A stretch of DNA of 64,000 bases from an uncultured Gammaproteobacteria bacterium (lineage in GTDB: Bacteria > Pseudomonadota > Gammaproteobacteria > Arenicellales > JAANXG01). Positions within the stretch are counted from its first letter, which is position 1, and each line of letters starts with the position of its first letter. Shown here piece by piece: positions 10,049 through 19,087 of the stretch. The notes beneath the pieces were generated by a model, which saw only the letters and a list, made by a program, of their open reading frames with translations, was not told the origin of the DNA and ran no database searches. Location: assembly GCA_947259705.1 (NCBI GenBank), contig CAMYNL010000002.1, positions 9,868 through 73,867 on the forward strand, given 5' to 3'. Position numbers and translations under genes: made by a program.

Positions 10049-10984
10049 ATGACCGAGATAGTGATCAGTGAATTCATGGACGAGACCGTGGTCGAGCAAC
10101 TGGCCATGGATTACGAGGTGCTGTACGACCCGCGCCTGGTCGATGCCGAGGACGATCTGCGCGACGCCCTCGGCGATGCCGCGGCGTTGATCGTGCGCAA
10201 CCGCACCGCGGTCAGCGCCGAGCTGCTGCAGCATGCGCCGCGGCTGCGGGTGGTGGGGCGGCTGGGGGTGGGGCTGGACAACATCGACCTCGATGCCTGC
10301 GCCCGGCGCGGTATCGAGGTATGCCCGGCCCGCGGGGCCAACGACGCCGCGGTCGCCGAGTACGTGGTGACGATGGCGCTGATACTGCTGCGCAATGCGT
10401 ATTATGCCGGCGCCGAGGTCCGCGCCGGCGATTGGCCACGCACCGATTGCATGGGCCGCGAAGCCGCAGGCAAACGGCTCGGCCTGGTGGGGGTGGGTGC
10501 CATCGCGCGCCAGGTCGCGGCGCGGGCACAGGCGCTGGGCATGCAGGTCAGTGGTTATGATCCCCACCTGGCGGCGGAGGAGCGTGTATGGCGGCAGATC
10601 GAACGTGCCGGTTCGCTGCGTGAGCTGCTCGGGAGCAGCGACGTGGTCAGCCTGCATGTGCCGTTGACCGGCGAGACCCGCCACCTGCTGAACGCCACCA
10701 CCATCGCCGACTGCAAGCAGGGCGGGCTGCTGATCAATGCCGCCCGCGGCGGGGTGGTGGACGAAACCGCCCTCATCGAGGCCTTGCGTGACGGCTGGCT
10801 GGGCGGCGCCGCCCTCGACGTGTTCGAGCACGAACCGCTGGATCGGGAGCAGGGGCAGCGCTTCGCGGGGATCGAAAACCTGGTCCTGACACCCCACATC
10901 GCCGGCATTACGCGCGAATCCAACCGTCGGGTATCCGCCCTCACCGCGGACAACGTCAGACGCGTGCTGCAGGGGATGCATTGA
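10049..10984 (+). CDS. D-isomer-specific 2-hydroxyacid dehydrogenase (PGDH-like)
   Basis: 311 aa with the NAD-binding GLVGVGAIARQVA motif, the catalytic region LLINAARGGVVDE...LDVFEHEP and TPHIAG. Confidence 0.85.
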   Translation: MTEIVISEFMDETVVEQLAMDYEVLYDPRLVDAEDDLRDALGDAAALIVRNRTAVSAELLQHAPRLRVVGRLGVGLDNIDLDACARRGIEVCPARGANDAAVAEYVVTMALILLRNAYYAGAEVRAGDWPRTDCMGREAAGKRLGLVGVGAIARQVAARAQALGMQVSGYDPHLAAEERVWRQIERAGSLRELLGSSDVVSLHVPLTGETRHLLNATTIADCKQGGLLINAARGGVVDETALIEALRDGWLGGAALDVFEHEPLDREQGQRFAGIENLVLTPHIAGITRESNRRVSALTADNVRRVLQGMH

Positions 10985-11985
10985 TGCATGCATCGCTGCC
11001 GGAGCTGGTGGCCCTGTGCACCGACGCGCTGACCGCGTCGCGCACCAGCGCCGACAATGCGGCCGAGGTTGCCGCGGCGCTGGTGGCGGCGGAGGCGGAC
11101 GGGTTGCAGGGCCACGGGCTGTCGCGGGTCGCCAGCTACGCGGCCCAGGCCCGCAGCGGCAAGGTCGACGGCCATGCCCGGCCGCGCGTGGAACGGATCC
11201 GCGCCGCGGCGCTGCGGGTCGATGCCGCCAACGGCTTCGCCTACCCGGCCCTCAGTATGGCCATCGAGGCGCTGGCTGAGTTGCTCCCCGGCAGCGGTAT
11301 CGCCGCCGCCGCCATCAACCGGTCGCATCATTTCGGCGCCGCCGGTTACCACGTGGAAAGAATGGCGGCACGCGGACTGATCGGTTTGCTGGTAGGCAAC
11401 AGCCCGCGGGCAATCGCCCCCTGGGGCGGACGCAGTCCGTTGTTCGGCACCAACCCCATCGCCTTCGCGGCGCCGCGCCGCCAGGGGGCGCCACTGGTCA
11501 TCGACATGTCGCTGTCCAAGGTCGCCCGCGGCAAGGTAATGCTGGCGGCCAAACGTGGCGAAGCCATCCCGCCGGACTGGGCACTGGATGCCGACGGGCG
11601 GCCGACCACCGATGCCGAGGCGGCCCTGGCGGGTTCGATGCTGGCGATGGGCGATGCCAAGGGCAGCGCACTGGTCATGATGGTGGAGATACTGGCCGCG
11701 GCGGTGGCCAATGCCCATTTCGGATTCGAGGCCAGCTCGTTCTTCGACGCCGAGGGAGAGCCCCCGGGGGTGGGCCAGTTCCTGCTCGCCATCGACGCCG
11801 ACGCCTTCTCGGGCGGGCAGTTCGATCAGCGCCTGGAATGTCTGCTCGCCGCGATCGTTGATCAGGCAGGCGCCCGCCTGCCCGGGGCTCGCCGCCTGGC
11901 GCGGCGGGAACAGGCCCGACGATCCGGCATCGACGTCGACGACGTGCTGTACGACGAAATCAAGGCGCTGGCGGAGGGCGGCTAG
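10984..11985 (+). CDS. Ldh_2 family oxidoreductase (malate/L-lactate/sulfolactate dehydrogenase family 2)
   Basis: About 333 aa with GLQGHGLSR and NRSHHFGAAGYH motifs. The ATG overlaps the upstream TGA by 1 nt. Confidence 0.8.
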   Translation: MHASLPELVALCTDALTASRTSADNAAEVAAALVAAEADGLQGHGLSRVASYAAQARSGKVDGHARPRVERIRAAALRVDAANGFAYPALSMAIEALAELLPGSGIAAAAINRSHHFGAAGYHVERMAARGLIGLLVGNSPRAIAPWGGRSPLFGTNPIAFAAPRRQGAPLVIDMSLSKVARGKVMLAAKRGEAIPPDWALDADGRPTTDAEAALAGSMLAMGDAKGSALVMMVEILAAAVANAHFGFEASSFFDAEGEPPGVGQFLLAIDADAFSGGQFDQRLECLLAAIVDQAGARLPGARRLARREQARRSGIDVDDVLYDEIKALAEGG

Positions 11986-12027
11986 AAAAAGTGGGGTCGG
12001 AGTCGTGACTCCGACCCCATTTTATTA
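11985..12027. terminator. bidirectional intrinsic terminator, also one copy of a palindromic repeat family
   Basis: The sequence is gaaaaagt-GGGGTCGGAGTC-gt-GACTCCGACCCC-atttta, a 12-bp perfect stem flanked by an A-run and a T-run. It lies between the convergent Ldh_2 gene and a small minus-strand ORF. It shares gaaaaagtggggtc and ggagtcgtgact with 24755-24862. Confidence 0.75.
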
Positions 12028-12080
12028 AACGCCGGTCGGGCGACCGCGAACGCGCCCGGCCGGTCAGCCACGGGGGTGGC

Positions 12081-12203
12081 TTACTGCTGCAGGTTGTCGA
12101 TCAGGTCATAGACCGCGGGGCGGGCCGAATCGCTGGCATCGTTGGCCGCGTACACCGGCCCCAGCAGCCCGAGAGAAAGCACTACTACGATAATGGTACG
12201 CAT
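12081..12203 (-). CDS. small secreted peptide (40 aa), hypothetical
   Basis: MRTIIVVVLSLGLLGPVYAANDASDSARPAVYDLIDNLQQ* has a signal-peptide-like N-terminus. A strong SD GGAGGT lies 7 nt upstream of the ATG and the terminator lies about 50 nt downstream. It is below the ORF-track size cutoff. Confidence 0.45.
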   Translation of the reverse strand: MRTIIVVVLSLGLLGPVYAANDASDSARPAVYDLIDNLQQ

Positions 12204-12379
12204 AATCATTACCTCCGTTCGTCTTTGAGGGTCAATAACAAGGAGCATCCGCTCTTGCCTAATAAGACCCGACGCGGCGCCGCTTCCTTACATCCCCACA
12301 GGCGGCCTGTCGCGGTCCTGCTTGATCGGGATGTCGGAGACGGGCCACAATTGAACAAAGCATCGATAAAAGGAAGGCA

Positions 12380-12940
12380 ATGCAACTGACCCCCGGAATG
12401 ATAGAAAGCGAGGACGGCATGGTGCCCGCGCAGCTGCTCGCCGATCTGTTCTACAGCGTCCACGCTCCCGCCGCCTACCGCTTCAGCGGCAAATCAAACC
12501 CCGATGATCCGTTCGGCTTCTGGCTGGCCAAGATCGACAGCGAGATCCTCAACGCGGTTCCCGCCTTCAAGCAGCTCTGGCTGACCATCGATCAGCACAT
12601 CACCCACGGGGCATACCGCATCTACCACATGCTGGTGAATGCCAATAACTTCGGCGACTGCCCCACGGTGCACGTGGACATCCCGGCCGACAAGCCCGAT
12701 GCCGAGGGCTACTACACCGTGCTGTACTACGCCAACGACGAATGGCAGGCGGACTGGTCCGGCGAGACGGTGTTCTACAATGACCAGCGCGACGACATCG
12801 TTCGCTCGGTATATCCGCGGCCCGGGCGCATCACTGTCTTCGACAGCCGCATCCCCCATGTCTCCCGCACCCCGTCGCGCAACTGCCCCATGGTGCGCTA
12901 CACCATCGCCATCAAGGTGGTCGGCAAAGACCAGGTCTGA
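12380..12940 (+). CDS. 2OG-Fe(II) oxygenase-like protein (prolyl-hydroxylase-type fold), function unknown
   Basis: 186 aa with an HxD...H pattern (TVHVDIP ... RIPHVSRTPS ... RYTIAIKV). SD AAGGAAGG lies upstream. Confidence 0.6.
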   Translation: MQLTPGMIESEDGMVPAQLLADLFYSVHAPAAYRFSGKSNPDDPFGFWLAKIDSEILNAVPAFKQLWLTIDQHITHGAYRIYHMLVNANNFGDCPTVHVDIPADKPDAEGYYTVLYYANDEWQADWSGETVFYNDQRDDIVRSVYPRPGRITVFDSRIPHVSRTPSRNCPMVRYTIAIKVVGKDQV

Positions 12941-13192
12941 ATCAGGTTCGCCCGGATATTGCTCCAAGGATTCGGGGTGATAGCGAAGAGATCGGACGAC
13001 TGAACGCCGCGCTGCAAAGAAACGCATAGCCAGCCATGGGTTGAGTGGAGCGCAATTGCCGGCGTTCGAGATCGAGCCAGGGCCGGGATAGGCGACTGCC
13101 CGGACACCAAGTGTCGCCCACGATATTGGTCGACTTGCTCATTTCAAACTGGCAGGCAGCCCCGTTGTCGCCACCTTGGTCCAATATCCGGG

Positions 13193-14512
13193 CTAGGCCG
13201 GCATGGCGTCGAAGGCGATGCTGATGCGTTCCTGGTCGGATTCGAACGGGATGGTGCAGTGATACAGGTAGGACGGGAACAGCACCAGCAGCCCGGGCTC
13301 CGGCTTGATCAGCCTTGTCTCCGGCGGCTGCTTGCAGTGAAAGTCGGCCGGCGGGCGGCCAAACTCGATCCAGCCTTCTTTCTGCGGCGCATCGGCCCCG
13401 ACCACGTCGGGCAGTTCCGGGTAGTAAACGCCGCTGATGTAACCGTCGCCGTGGATGTGCGGCAGCTGATGGCCCTGGCTCTGCATCACCACCGCCCACA
13501 CGGCGAGCCGGAACTGCCGCGGCATGTTGGCCACGTAGGGGTGCTCCGGCGCCACGATGCCGACCGTCTTGAGGTAATCCGCCACCGTACGCTGCAGGAG
13601 CCGCTCCAGGTCGGCGATGGGACCCTTGGGTTCCATCAGCAGCTCGCCGGTGTGCTTGCCGTGGCGCGTGGCCTGCAGGCTGGGGCCCTCGCGCAGGCTG
13701 GGATGGGCCCGCACATGGGCGGCGAGGGCGGTATTGAACTCGGCCAGCCCGGCAAAACCGGGACCCGGATCGACGATAACGGGGTACAGCAGCCGCTCAA
13801 GGTTCAGGAGTTGGCTGAGTTCGTCGCGGGCGCCGCATTCCTGCAGCGCCACCGCCTTGTAGGCCAGCGCCAGGCGGTTGCCCGGCGCCTGTGCCAGGCA
13901 CTCGTTGCACGACTCCAGCGCGGCCTGCGCATCACCCTGTTGCAGCAGGACGTCGGCCAGGTTGGCCCGGAACTCGATGGTGCCGGGTTCCAGCTCGGCG
14001 GCACGGCGGAACGACGCGGCGGCCTGCTCCAGCGCGCCCTGCTGCTTGTGGGCGGTGGCCAGGTTGAAATGCGCCGTGGCCAGACCCGGCTGCCGCGCCA
14101 GTGCCTCGCGATACAGGTCCATGGCCCGCTCCAGCTCACCGCAGCCCTGCAGTGCCGCCCCCAGGCTGCAGCGATACAGCACCTGATCCGGGTCCAGCGC
14201 CACCGCCCGTTGGTAAGCGGCCGCCGCGCCCGCATAGTCCTCCTGTACCTGCAGCACCCGGCCGAGATTGGCATGGTAATCAGCCTGGTCATCACGCTGC
14301 GCGATGGCGCGGTCGATCAGCTCCGCCGCGCCCCGATGGTCGCCGCGCTGGTGCGCGATGACGCCGAGCAGGTGCAAGGCATCCGGCTGCTCCGGCTGCC
14401 GCGCCAGGACGGCCTGGTAGATCTCGCGCGCGGCATCGATGTTGCCGCCCCGGTGCTGGGTCAGCGCCTGCGCCAGCGCCTCCTCCACGCTGAGGTCACC
14501 GTTGCTGGTCAT
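13193..14512 (-). CDS. TPR-repeat protein with C-terminal putative 2OG-Fe(II) oxygenase domain
   Basis: 439 aa. The N-terminal half has several TPR units. The C-terminus QGHQLPHIHGDGYISGVYY...LVLFPSYLYHCTIPF matches the 'putative 2OG-Fe(II) oxygenase' domain often fused to TPRs. Confidence 0.75.
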   Translation of the reverse strand: MTSNGDLSVEEALAQALTQHRGGNIDAAREIYQAVLARQPEQPDALHLLGVIAHQRGDHRGAAELIDRAIAQRDDQADYHANLGRVLQVQEDYAGAAAAYQRAVALDPDQVLYRCSLGAALQGCGELERAMDLYREALARQPGLATAHFNLATAHKQQGALEQAAASFRRAAELEPGTIEFRANLADVLLQQGDAQAALESCNECLAQAPGNRLALAYKAVALQECGARDELSQLLNLERLLYPVIVDPGPGFAGLAEFNTALAAHVRAHPSLREGPSLQATRHGKHTGELLMEPKGPIADLERLLQRTVADYLKTVGIVAPEHPYVANMPRQFRLAVWAVVMQSQGHQLPHIHGDGYISGVYYPELPDVVGADAPQKEGWIEFGRPPADFHCKQPPETRLIKPEPGLLVLFPSYLYHCTIPFESDQERISIAFDAMPA

Positions 14513-15333
14513 GCCTGTCTCGCGAAGCGCTCGCGCACCTGCGCGGCGCTGGCCAGCGGCCGCCCCAGGGCATCGGCCGCGGCCGCCATCTGCCGCACCA
14601 GCGCCGCGTTATCGGGGGCGGTGCCGCCGTCCTTGAGCCGCAGGTTGTTCTCGAACCCGACCCGCACATGTCCGCCCAGGGACGCCGCGCACGTGCCGCA
14701 GGCGTGCTCCTGCGGCCCGAATGCACAGACCGCCCACGGCACCCGGTCGGGCAGCGCCTGCATGAATGGCAACAGATCACCCGGCTGCGAGGTTTGATCC
14801 ACGCTGTAGCGGCCCAGCACCAGCAGCAGCCAGTGCGGCATGGCCGGGATCACCTCGCGATCACGCAGTCCGGCATAGGTCACCAGGTCGTCCGCCGCAT
14901 AGATGATGAATTGCGGCACCACCTGCTCGTCCCGCAACCAGCGGAAGAAATCCGCGGCCTGTGTCACATCGTCGCCGGCCGGCAACAGCTCGCGCAGCGC
15001 CACCGACACCGACTCCGGCCGCAAGGCCATGACCGCATCGATCTGCTCGGATGGCGTGTAGCGCTGCACCGCCTCGGTGGTCGCCTGGATCACCAGCCGT
15101 TCGCCCACCCGCTCCCGCACCGCGGCGATCGCCTCGCGGTACAGCTCGGGCGACAGGCTGTGGCGGCCGGCTGTATCGCGCACGTGCAGGTGCAGCAGTG
15201 CCGCACCGGCATCGGCGCAGCGTTCGGCCTCGGCGGCGATCTCGGCCGGCGTCAGCGGCAGCGCCGGATGGTCGTCCCGGGTCTTGCGCGCGCCGTTCGG
15301 CGCCACCATCAGCATCAGGGGTTCCCAGTCCAT
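14509..15333 (-). CDS. 3-keto-5-aminohexanoate cleavage enzyme family (BKACE/DUF849)
   Basis: 274 aa. LMVAPNGARKTRDDHPALPLTPAEIAAEAERCADAGAALLHLHVRD is the BKACE N-terminal signature. Its stop overlaps the next gene's start. Confidence 0.8.
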   Translation of the reverse strand: MDWEPLMLMVAPNGARKTRDDHPALPLTPAEIAAEAERCADAGAALLHLHVRDTAGRHSLSPELYREAIAAVRERVGERLVIQATTEAVQRYTPSEQIDAVMALRPESVSVALRELLPAGDDVTQAADFFRWLRDEQVVPQFIIYAADDLVTYAGLRDREVIPAMPHWLLLVLGRYSVDQTSQPGDLLPFMQALPDRVPWAVCAFGPQEHACGTCAASLGGHVRVGFENNLRLKDGGTAPDNAALVRQMAAAADALGRPLASAAQVRERFARQA

Positions 15334-15343
15334 GGCCCGATGA

Positions 15344-16672
15344 TCAGCCCTCCCGCTCGACGGCGGTGTTGATGGCCGCGTGCAGCTTGCTGACGATCTC
15401 GTCCACGTGCATGCCGTCGATGATGTAAGGGGGCGCCAGCAGCACGTGGTCGCCCTGGCGGCCGTCGATGGTGCCGCCCATGGGATAGCACATCAGGCCC
15501 TGGTCCATGGCGGCGCGCTTGACCCTGGCATGCAGCTGCCGCGCGACCGGGTAAGGGGCCTTGCTGTCACGATCGGCCACCAGTTCCAGGCCGATGAACA
15601 GGCCGCGGCCGCGTATGTCACCGACGTGGGGGTGGTTTGCGAAGCGCTGCCCCAGCGCCGCGCGCAGTTCCTCGCCGCGGTGCCTCACGTTGGCCAGCAG
15701 GTCGTCGCGCTCGATCACCTGCTGCACCGCCAGGGCGGCGGCACAGGCGGTCGGATGGCCCATGTAGGTATGGCCGTGCTGGAAGAAGCCGCTGCCGCCG
15801 GCGATGGTGGTGTAGATGTCCTCGCTCATCAGCAGCGCGCCGATGGGCTGATAGCCGGCGCCCAGGCCCTTGGCCACCGCCACCAGGTCCGGGCATATAC
15901 CCTCCTGTTCGCAGGCGAACAGGGTGCCGGTGCGCCCCATGCCGCACATCACCTCGTCCAGGATCAGCAGCACGTCGTAGCGATCACAGATCTCGCGCAC
16001 CCGCGTGAAGTAGCCGGGCACCGGCGGCACCGCGCCGGCGGTGGCGCCCACCACCGGCTCGGCCACGAAGGCCAGCACGCTGTCACCGCCAAGCTCCTCG
16101 ATCTTCGCCTCCAATTCGTCGGCCACGCGGCGGCCGTATTGCGCCTCGCTTTCCTCCGCCCGCCGGTCCCGGTAGGCGTAGCAGGGGGCGATGTGGTGGG
16201 TCTGCATCAGGATGGGCTCGAACTGCTGCCGGCGCCACTGGTTGCCGCCCACCGCCAGCGCGCCCAGGGTGTTGCCGTGGTAACTCTGGCGGCGGGCGAT
16301 GAAATGCCGGCGCTGCGGCTCACCGCGCTCCAGAAAGTACTGCCGCGCCAGCTTGAGCGCCGCCTCCATCGCCTCGGAACCGCCGGACACCAGGTACACC
16401 CTTGCCATGCGTGGGCTGCGCGCGACCAGCAGGTCGGCCAGTTCCTCGGCGGCGGCGGAGGTGAAGAACGCGGAATGGGCGAAGGGGATGGCGTCGAGCT
16501 GCCGCTTGATGGCCGCGATGACGTCGGGATGATCGTGGCCCAGGCAGGACACCGCGGCGCCGCCGCAGGCGTCGAGGTAGCGGCGGCCCTCGCTGTCGAT
16601 GATATAGGGCCCGTCCCCGCCCACCGCGAAGGGCGGCTGCATGCGGGTGTGACGGTAGAAGACGCTGCTCAT
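15344..16672 (-). CDS. class-III (omega) aminotransferase
   Basis: MSSVFYRH...YLDACGGAAVSCLGH...LILDEVMCGMGRTG...VAKGLGAGYQPIG carries a PLP-lysine motif. The ATG at 16672 is preferred, and an upstream ATG at 16720 is also possible. Confidence 0.85.
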   Translation of the reverse strand: MSSVFYRHTRMQPPFAVGGDGPYIIDSEGRRYLDACGGAAVSCLGHDHPDVIAAIKRQLDAIPFAHSAFFTSAAAEELADLLVARSPRMARVYLVSGGSEAMEAALKLARQYFLERGEPQRRHFIARRQSYHGNTLGALAVGGNQWRRQQFEPILMQTHHIAPCYAYRDRRAEESEAQYGRRVADELEAKIEELGGDSVLAFVAEPVVGATAGAVPPVPGYFTRVREICDRYDVLLILDEVMCGMGRTGTLFACEQEGICPDLVAVAKGLGAGYQPIGALLMSEDIYTTIAGGSGFFQHGHTYMGHPTACAAALAVQQVIERDDLLANVRHRGEELRAALGQRFANHPHVGDIRGRGLFIGLELVADRDSKAPYPVARQLHARVKRAAMDQGLMCYPMGGTIDGRQGDHVLLAPPYIIDGMHVDEIVSKLHAAINTAVEREG

Positions 16673-16871
16673 GACGGTGGCGACCTGGTTGACTTTAGCA
16701 AAGGTAACCGTGCGGAGCATGATGAGGCAATAGGCTCAGGTGGTCACCAGCCGGTTCAGTCTGGGATCGGCATACCACACCAGCACGGGGCGGTTCACCT
16801 GCTGCGGGGAAGCTTGGGTGGAAATGGAAGAGTGGGCGCTGCTGCAGCGACCAGGAAGGGATCGACGGGTG

Positions 16872-17285
16872 CTAGCGGATGCGGGAGCGCAGTGATTCCA
16901 GCTCACGCTTGAGCTGATCGACTTCGTTCTGCAGGCGTTCTATCTCGCGGGTCTGGCGGTCCAGCATCTGCGACTGCCGATCCAGCATCTTCGCCTGGCG
17001 CTCGATGATAGCCGCGGACTGGGGGTCCGGGCCCTGGCCGACGGCCGGTGGCGCGCCCGGTGCCTGGGAGACGACGGGGGCCTTTTCCTCGTCCTTGGAG
17101 TCGCCGCCGAATTCGCGGCTGACGACAAAGCCGCCTTTCTCACCGGTGAGCAGACCCGGGCCTTCCTTGACCTCGTCCTGCAGGGGCGGTTGCGGGGCGG
17201 GCTCCATGTCCGCGCACGCTGAGAGGAGAAAAATAAGGGTAAGGGCGACCAGCGCCGATTTCATTGCTGAATCAATGCTAGTCAC
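16872..17285 (-). CDS. lipoprotein with C-terminal coiled coil, hypothetical
   Basis: Lipobox LLSAC. The C-terminus ERQAKMLDRQSQMLDRQTREIERLQNEVDQLKRELESLRSRIR is a heptad-like coiled coil. The GTG start has SD AGAGG, and an alternative ATG lies at 17264. Confidence 0.6.
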   Translation of the reverse strand: MTSIDSAMKSALVALTLIFLLSACADMEPAPQPPLQDEVKEGPGLLTGEKGGFVVSREFGGDSKDEEKAPVVSQAPGAPPAVGQGPDPQSAAIIERQAKMLDRQSQMLDRQTREIERLQNEVDQLKRELESLRSRIR

Positions 17286-17325
17286 CCTTACCTCTTGTCA
17301 ATTGCTTACGTCTGTATTGGCGTTA

Positions 17326-18393
17326 TTAGAACTTGATCCGCGAACCGACGTGGAACATGGTGATCTTCTCGGCGGCGGTGTTCTTGGACTCGCGCTGGAA
17401 GACACCGGCGTAAAGCTCGACGCCATAGTCCTTGAGGTTGGCCAGGTACTGCAGACCGCCCTCGCGGAGTTCCTGGCCAGGGCTCACATCGTCGCGGGCG
17501 CGGTAGCTGATACCGAAGTGATGCACACCGGTGATCCAGCCGCCCTTCAAGTACCAGTACTTCGGATCGTCCGGGCCCTTGTTCGCGTCGGTGTCATCGA
17601 GGTCGCGCTGACCATAGGCGCCGGTCAGGTTGAAGCCGCCCGGCAGCAGCACCGAGGCCGACAGGCTCAACTGGCTGCCGTCAAAGCTGCCCACGCCTTC
17701 TTCCTTGGTATCCACGTAGGCCAGCGCCCCGACCACCTTGCCGCCGCCGCCGAACTTGGAGCTCAGGCGCGCCGCCAGCTCGAACTTCTCCTGGCCGACG
17801 TCACCGGAGAGCACCAGCGGACCGAGGGCCGGGGTGTCATAGCGGATGCGGTCGTTACGGCTCAGGCCGTCGAAGCCGCCCAGGCCGCTGCCGCCGAGGT
17901 CTGCGCCGTTTTCGCTGCCGTCAGCGACGCGGAAGTGGACGCCGTCACCCAGGTTGGTGTCGGCGTTGCTGATGATGAACAGGCCGGACAGGTCGGACTC
18001 CAGGCTGCCGTTGGCGGCGCCGTTGCCCTGGCCCAGGTACAGCTTGCCCCAACCACCGCTGAACCAGACCTCACGGAAGCGGGAGATGAACTGCGAATCA
18101 TTGTCCCCGTCATTGATGTCGATCTGCGAGGAGCTGTTGTCCTGGTACTGCGACTCCCAGTGGATGCCGGCCTTCATGCCGTTGCCCATCTCGGTGTTGC
18201 CGGTGAAACGCATCCGGGTGCCGCTGGCGTTGTTGTCGACGAACAGGGCGTCGGAGTTGACGCCGTTGTCCGCAAAGGTGATGGCGCGGTTGACCTGGCC
18301 CGAGAGCTTGGCCTCGACCTTGGCCGCCTGCGCCACCGGGACCATGCTGGTCGCCACGGCTAAAGCGATAAGGGTCTTGGAAGGACACTTCAT
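17326..18393 (-). CDS. outer-membrane porin (Gram-negative porin family)
   Basis: Signal peptide MKCPSKTLIALAVATSMVPVAQA with a strong SD AAGGAGG. It is Gly/Asp/Tyr-rich in a beta-barrel pattern and ends ...VGSRIKF (terminal Phe). Confidence 0.85.
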   Translation of the reverse strand: MKCPSKTLIALAVATSMVPVAQAAKVEAKLSGQVNRAITFADNGVNSDALFVDNNASGTRMRFTGNTEMGNGMKAGIHWESQYQDNSSSQIDINDGDNDSQFISRFREVWFSGGWGKLYLGQGNGAANGSLESDLSGLFIISNADTNLGDGVHFRVADGSENGADLGGSGLGGFDGLSRNDRIRYDTPALGPLVLSGDVGQEKFELAARLSSKFGGGGKVVGALAYVDTKEEGVGSFDGSQLSLSASVLLPGGFNLTGAYGQRDLDDTDANKGPDDPKYWYLKGGWITGVHHFGISYRARDDVSPGQELREGGLQYLANLKDYGVELYAGVFQRESKNTAAEKITMFHVGSRIKF

Positions 18394-18634
18394 TTTATTG
18401 CCTCCTTGTTTGTAGGCTTGTGTTTGCACGATTTCCGAAAAACTTTTGTCCGCCCGGCCCCGCGGTCCACACACCCCCCGAGGGCAAGGCGGCGCTATTT
18501 TTCCTTATTATTGGTACAGATGCAACTGAAATCGGAGAAAACGTCTGATCAGCGCAACACCGATGTTTTTCTGTTGTATTTTTGCAACTTTCGCTCCCGG
18601 CTGGGGCCGTGGCCACCAGCATCACAGCCCCTCG

Positions 18635-19066
18635 TTAGCGTACCAGCATCACCGAACACTTGGCGTTCTCCACCACCTTGGAGGCGCAGTAGCCCAGCAG
18701 GCCCTTGCCGATCTTGCGCTGCTTGCGCGAGCGCATCACGATCAGGTCGATGTCGTTCTTCTCCGCGTAGTTGACGATGTTCTCCGCGGGGTTGCCCTCC
18801 AGTATCTTCTCCCGGATCTTGCCGATATCGTCCGGCGCCAGCTTGCCCACGTAGTCCTTGAGCTGTCTGGCGACGACCTTCTTCGCTTCCTTGAGCGCGT
18901 CCTTGGGGAAGAACGATCCCACCAGCGGCATGCCATACCCCGGCACCACGGTAACAACATGCAGCGCGCCGCCGCTCTCGCGCACCGCGCGCACGGCGAT
19001 ATCAATGACCTGCTGGGTCTTGCTGGCGTGCTGCAGGTCGATGGGCACCATGACGTTCTTGAACAT
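18635..19066 (-). CDS. universal stress protein (UspA family)
   Basis: 143 aa: MFKNVMVPIDLQH...DLIVMRSRK...LGYCASKVVENAKCSVMLVR. Confidence 0.85.
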   Translation of the reverse strand: MFKNVMVPIDLQHASKTQQVIDIAVRAVRESGGALHVVTVVPGYGMPLVGSFFPKDALKEAKKVVARQLKDYVGKLAPDDIGKIREKILEGNPAENIVNYAEKNDIDLIVMRSRKQRKIGKGLLGYCASKVVENAKCSVMLVR

Positions 19067-19087
19067 GAGTGGGTCTCTCTTCTGAGG

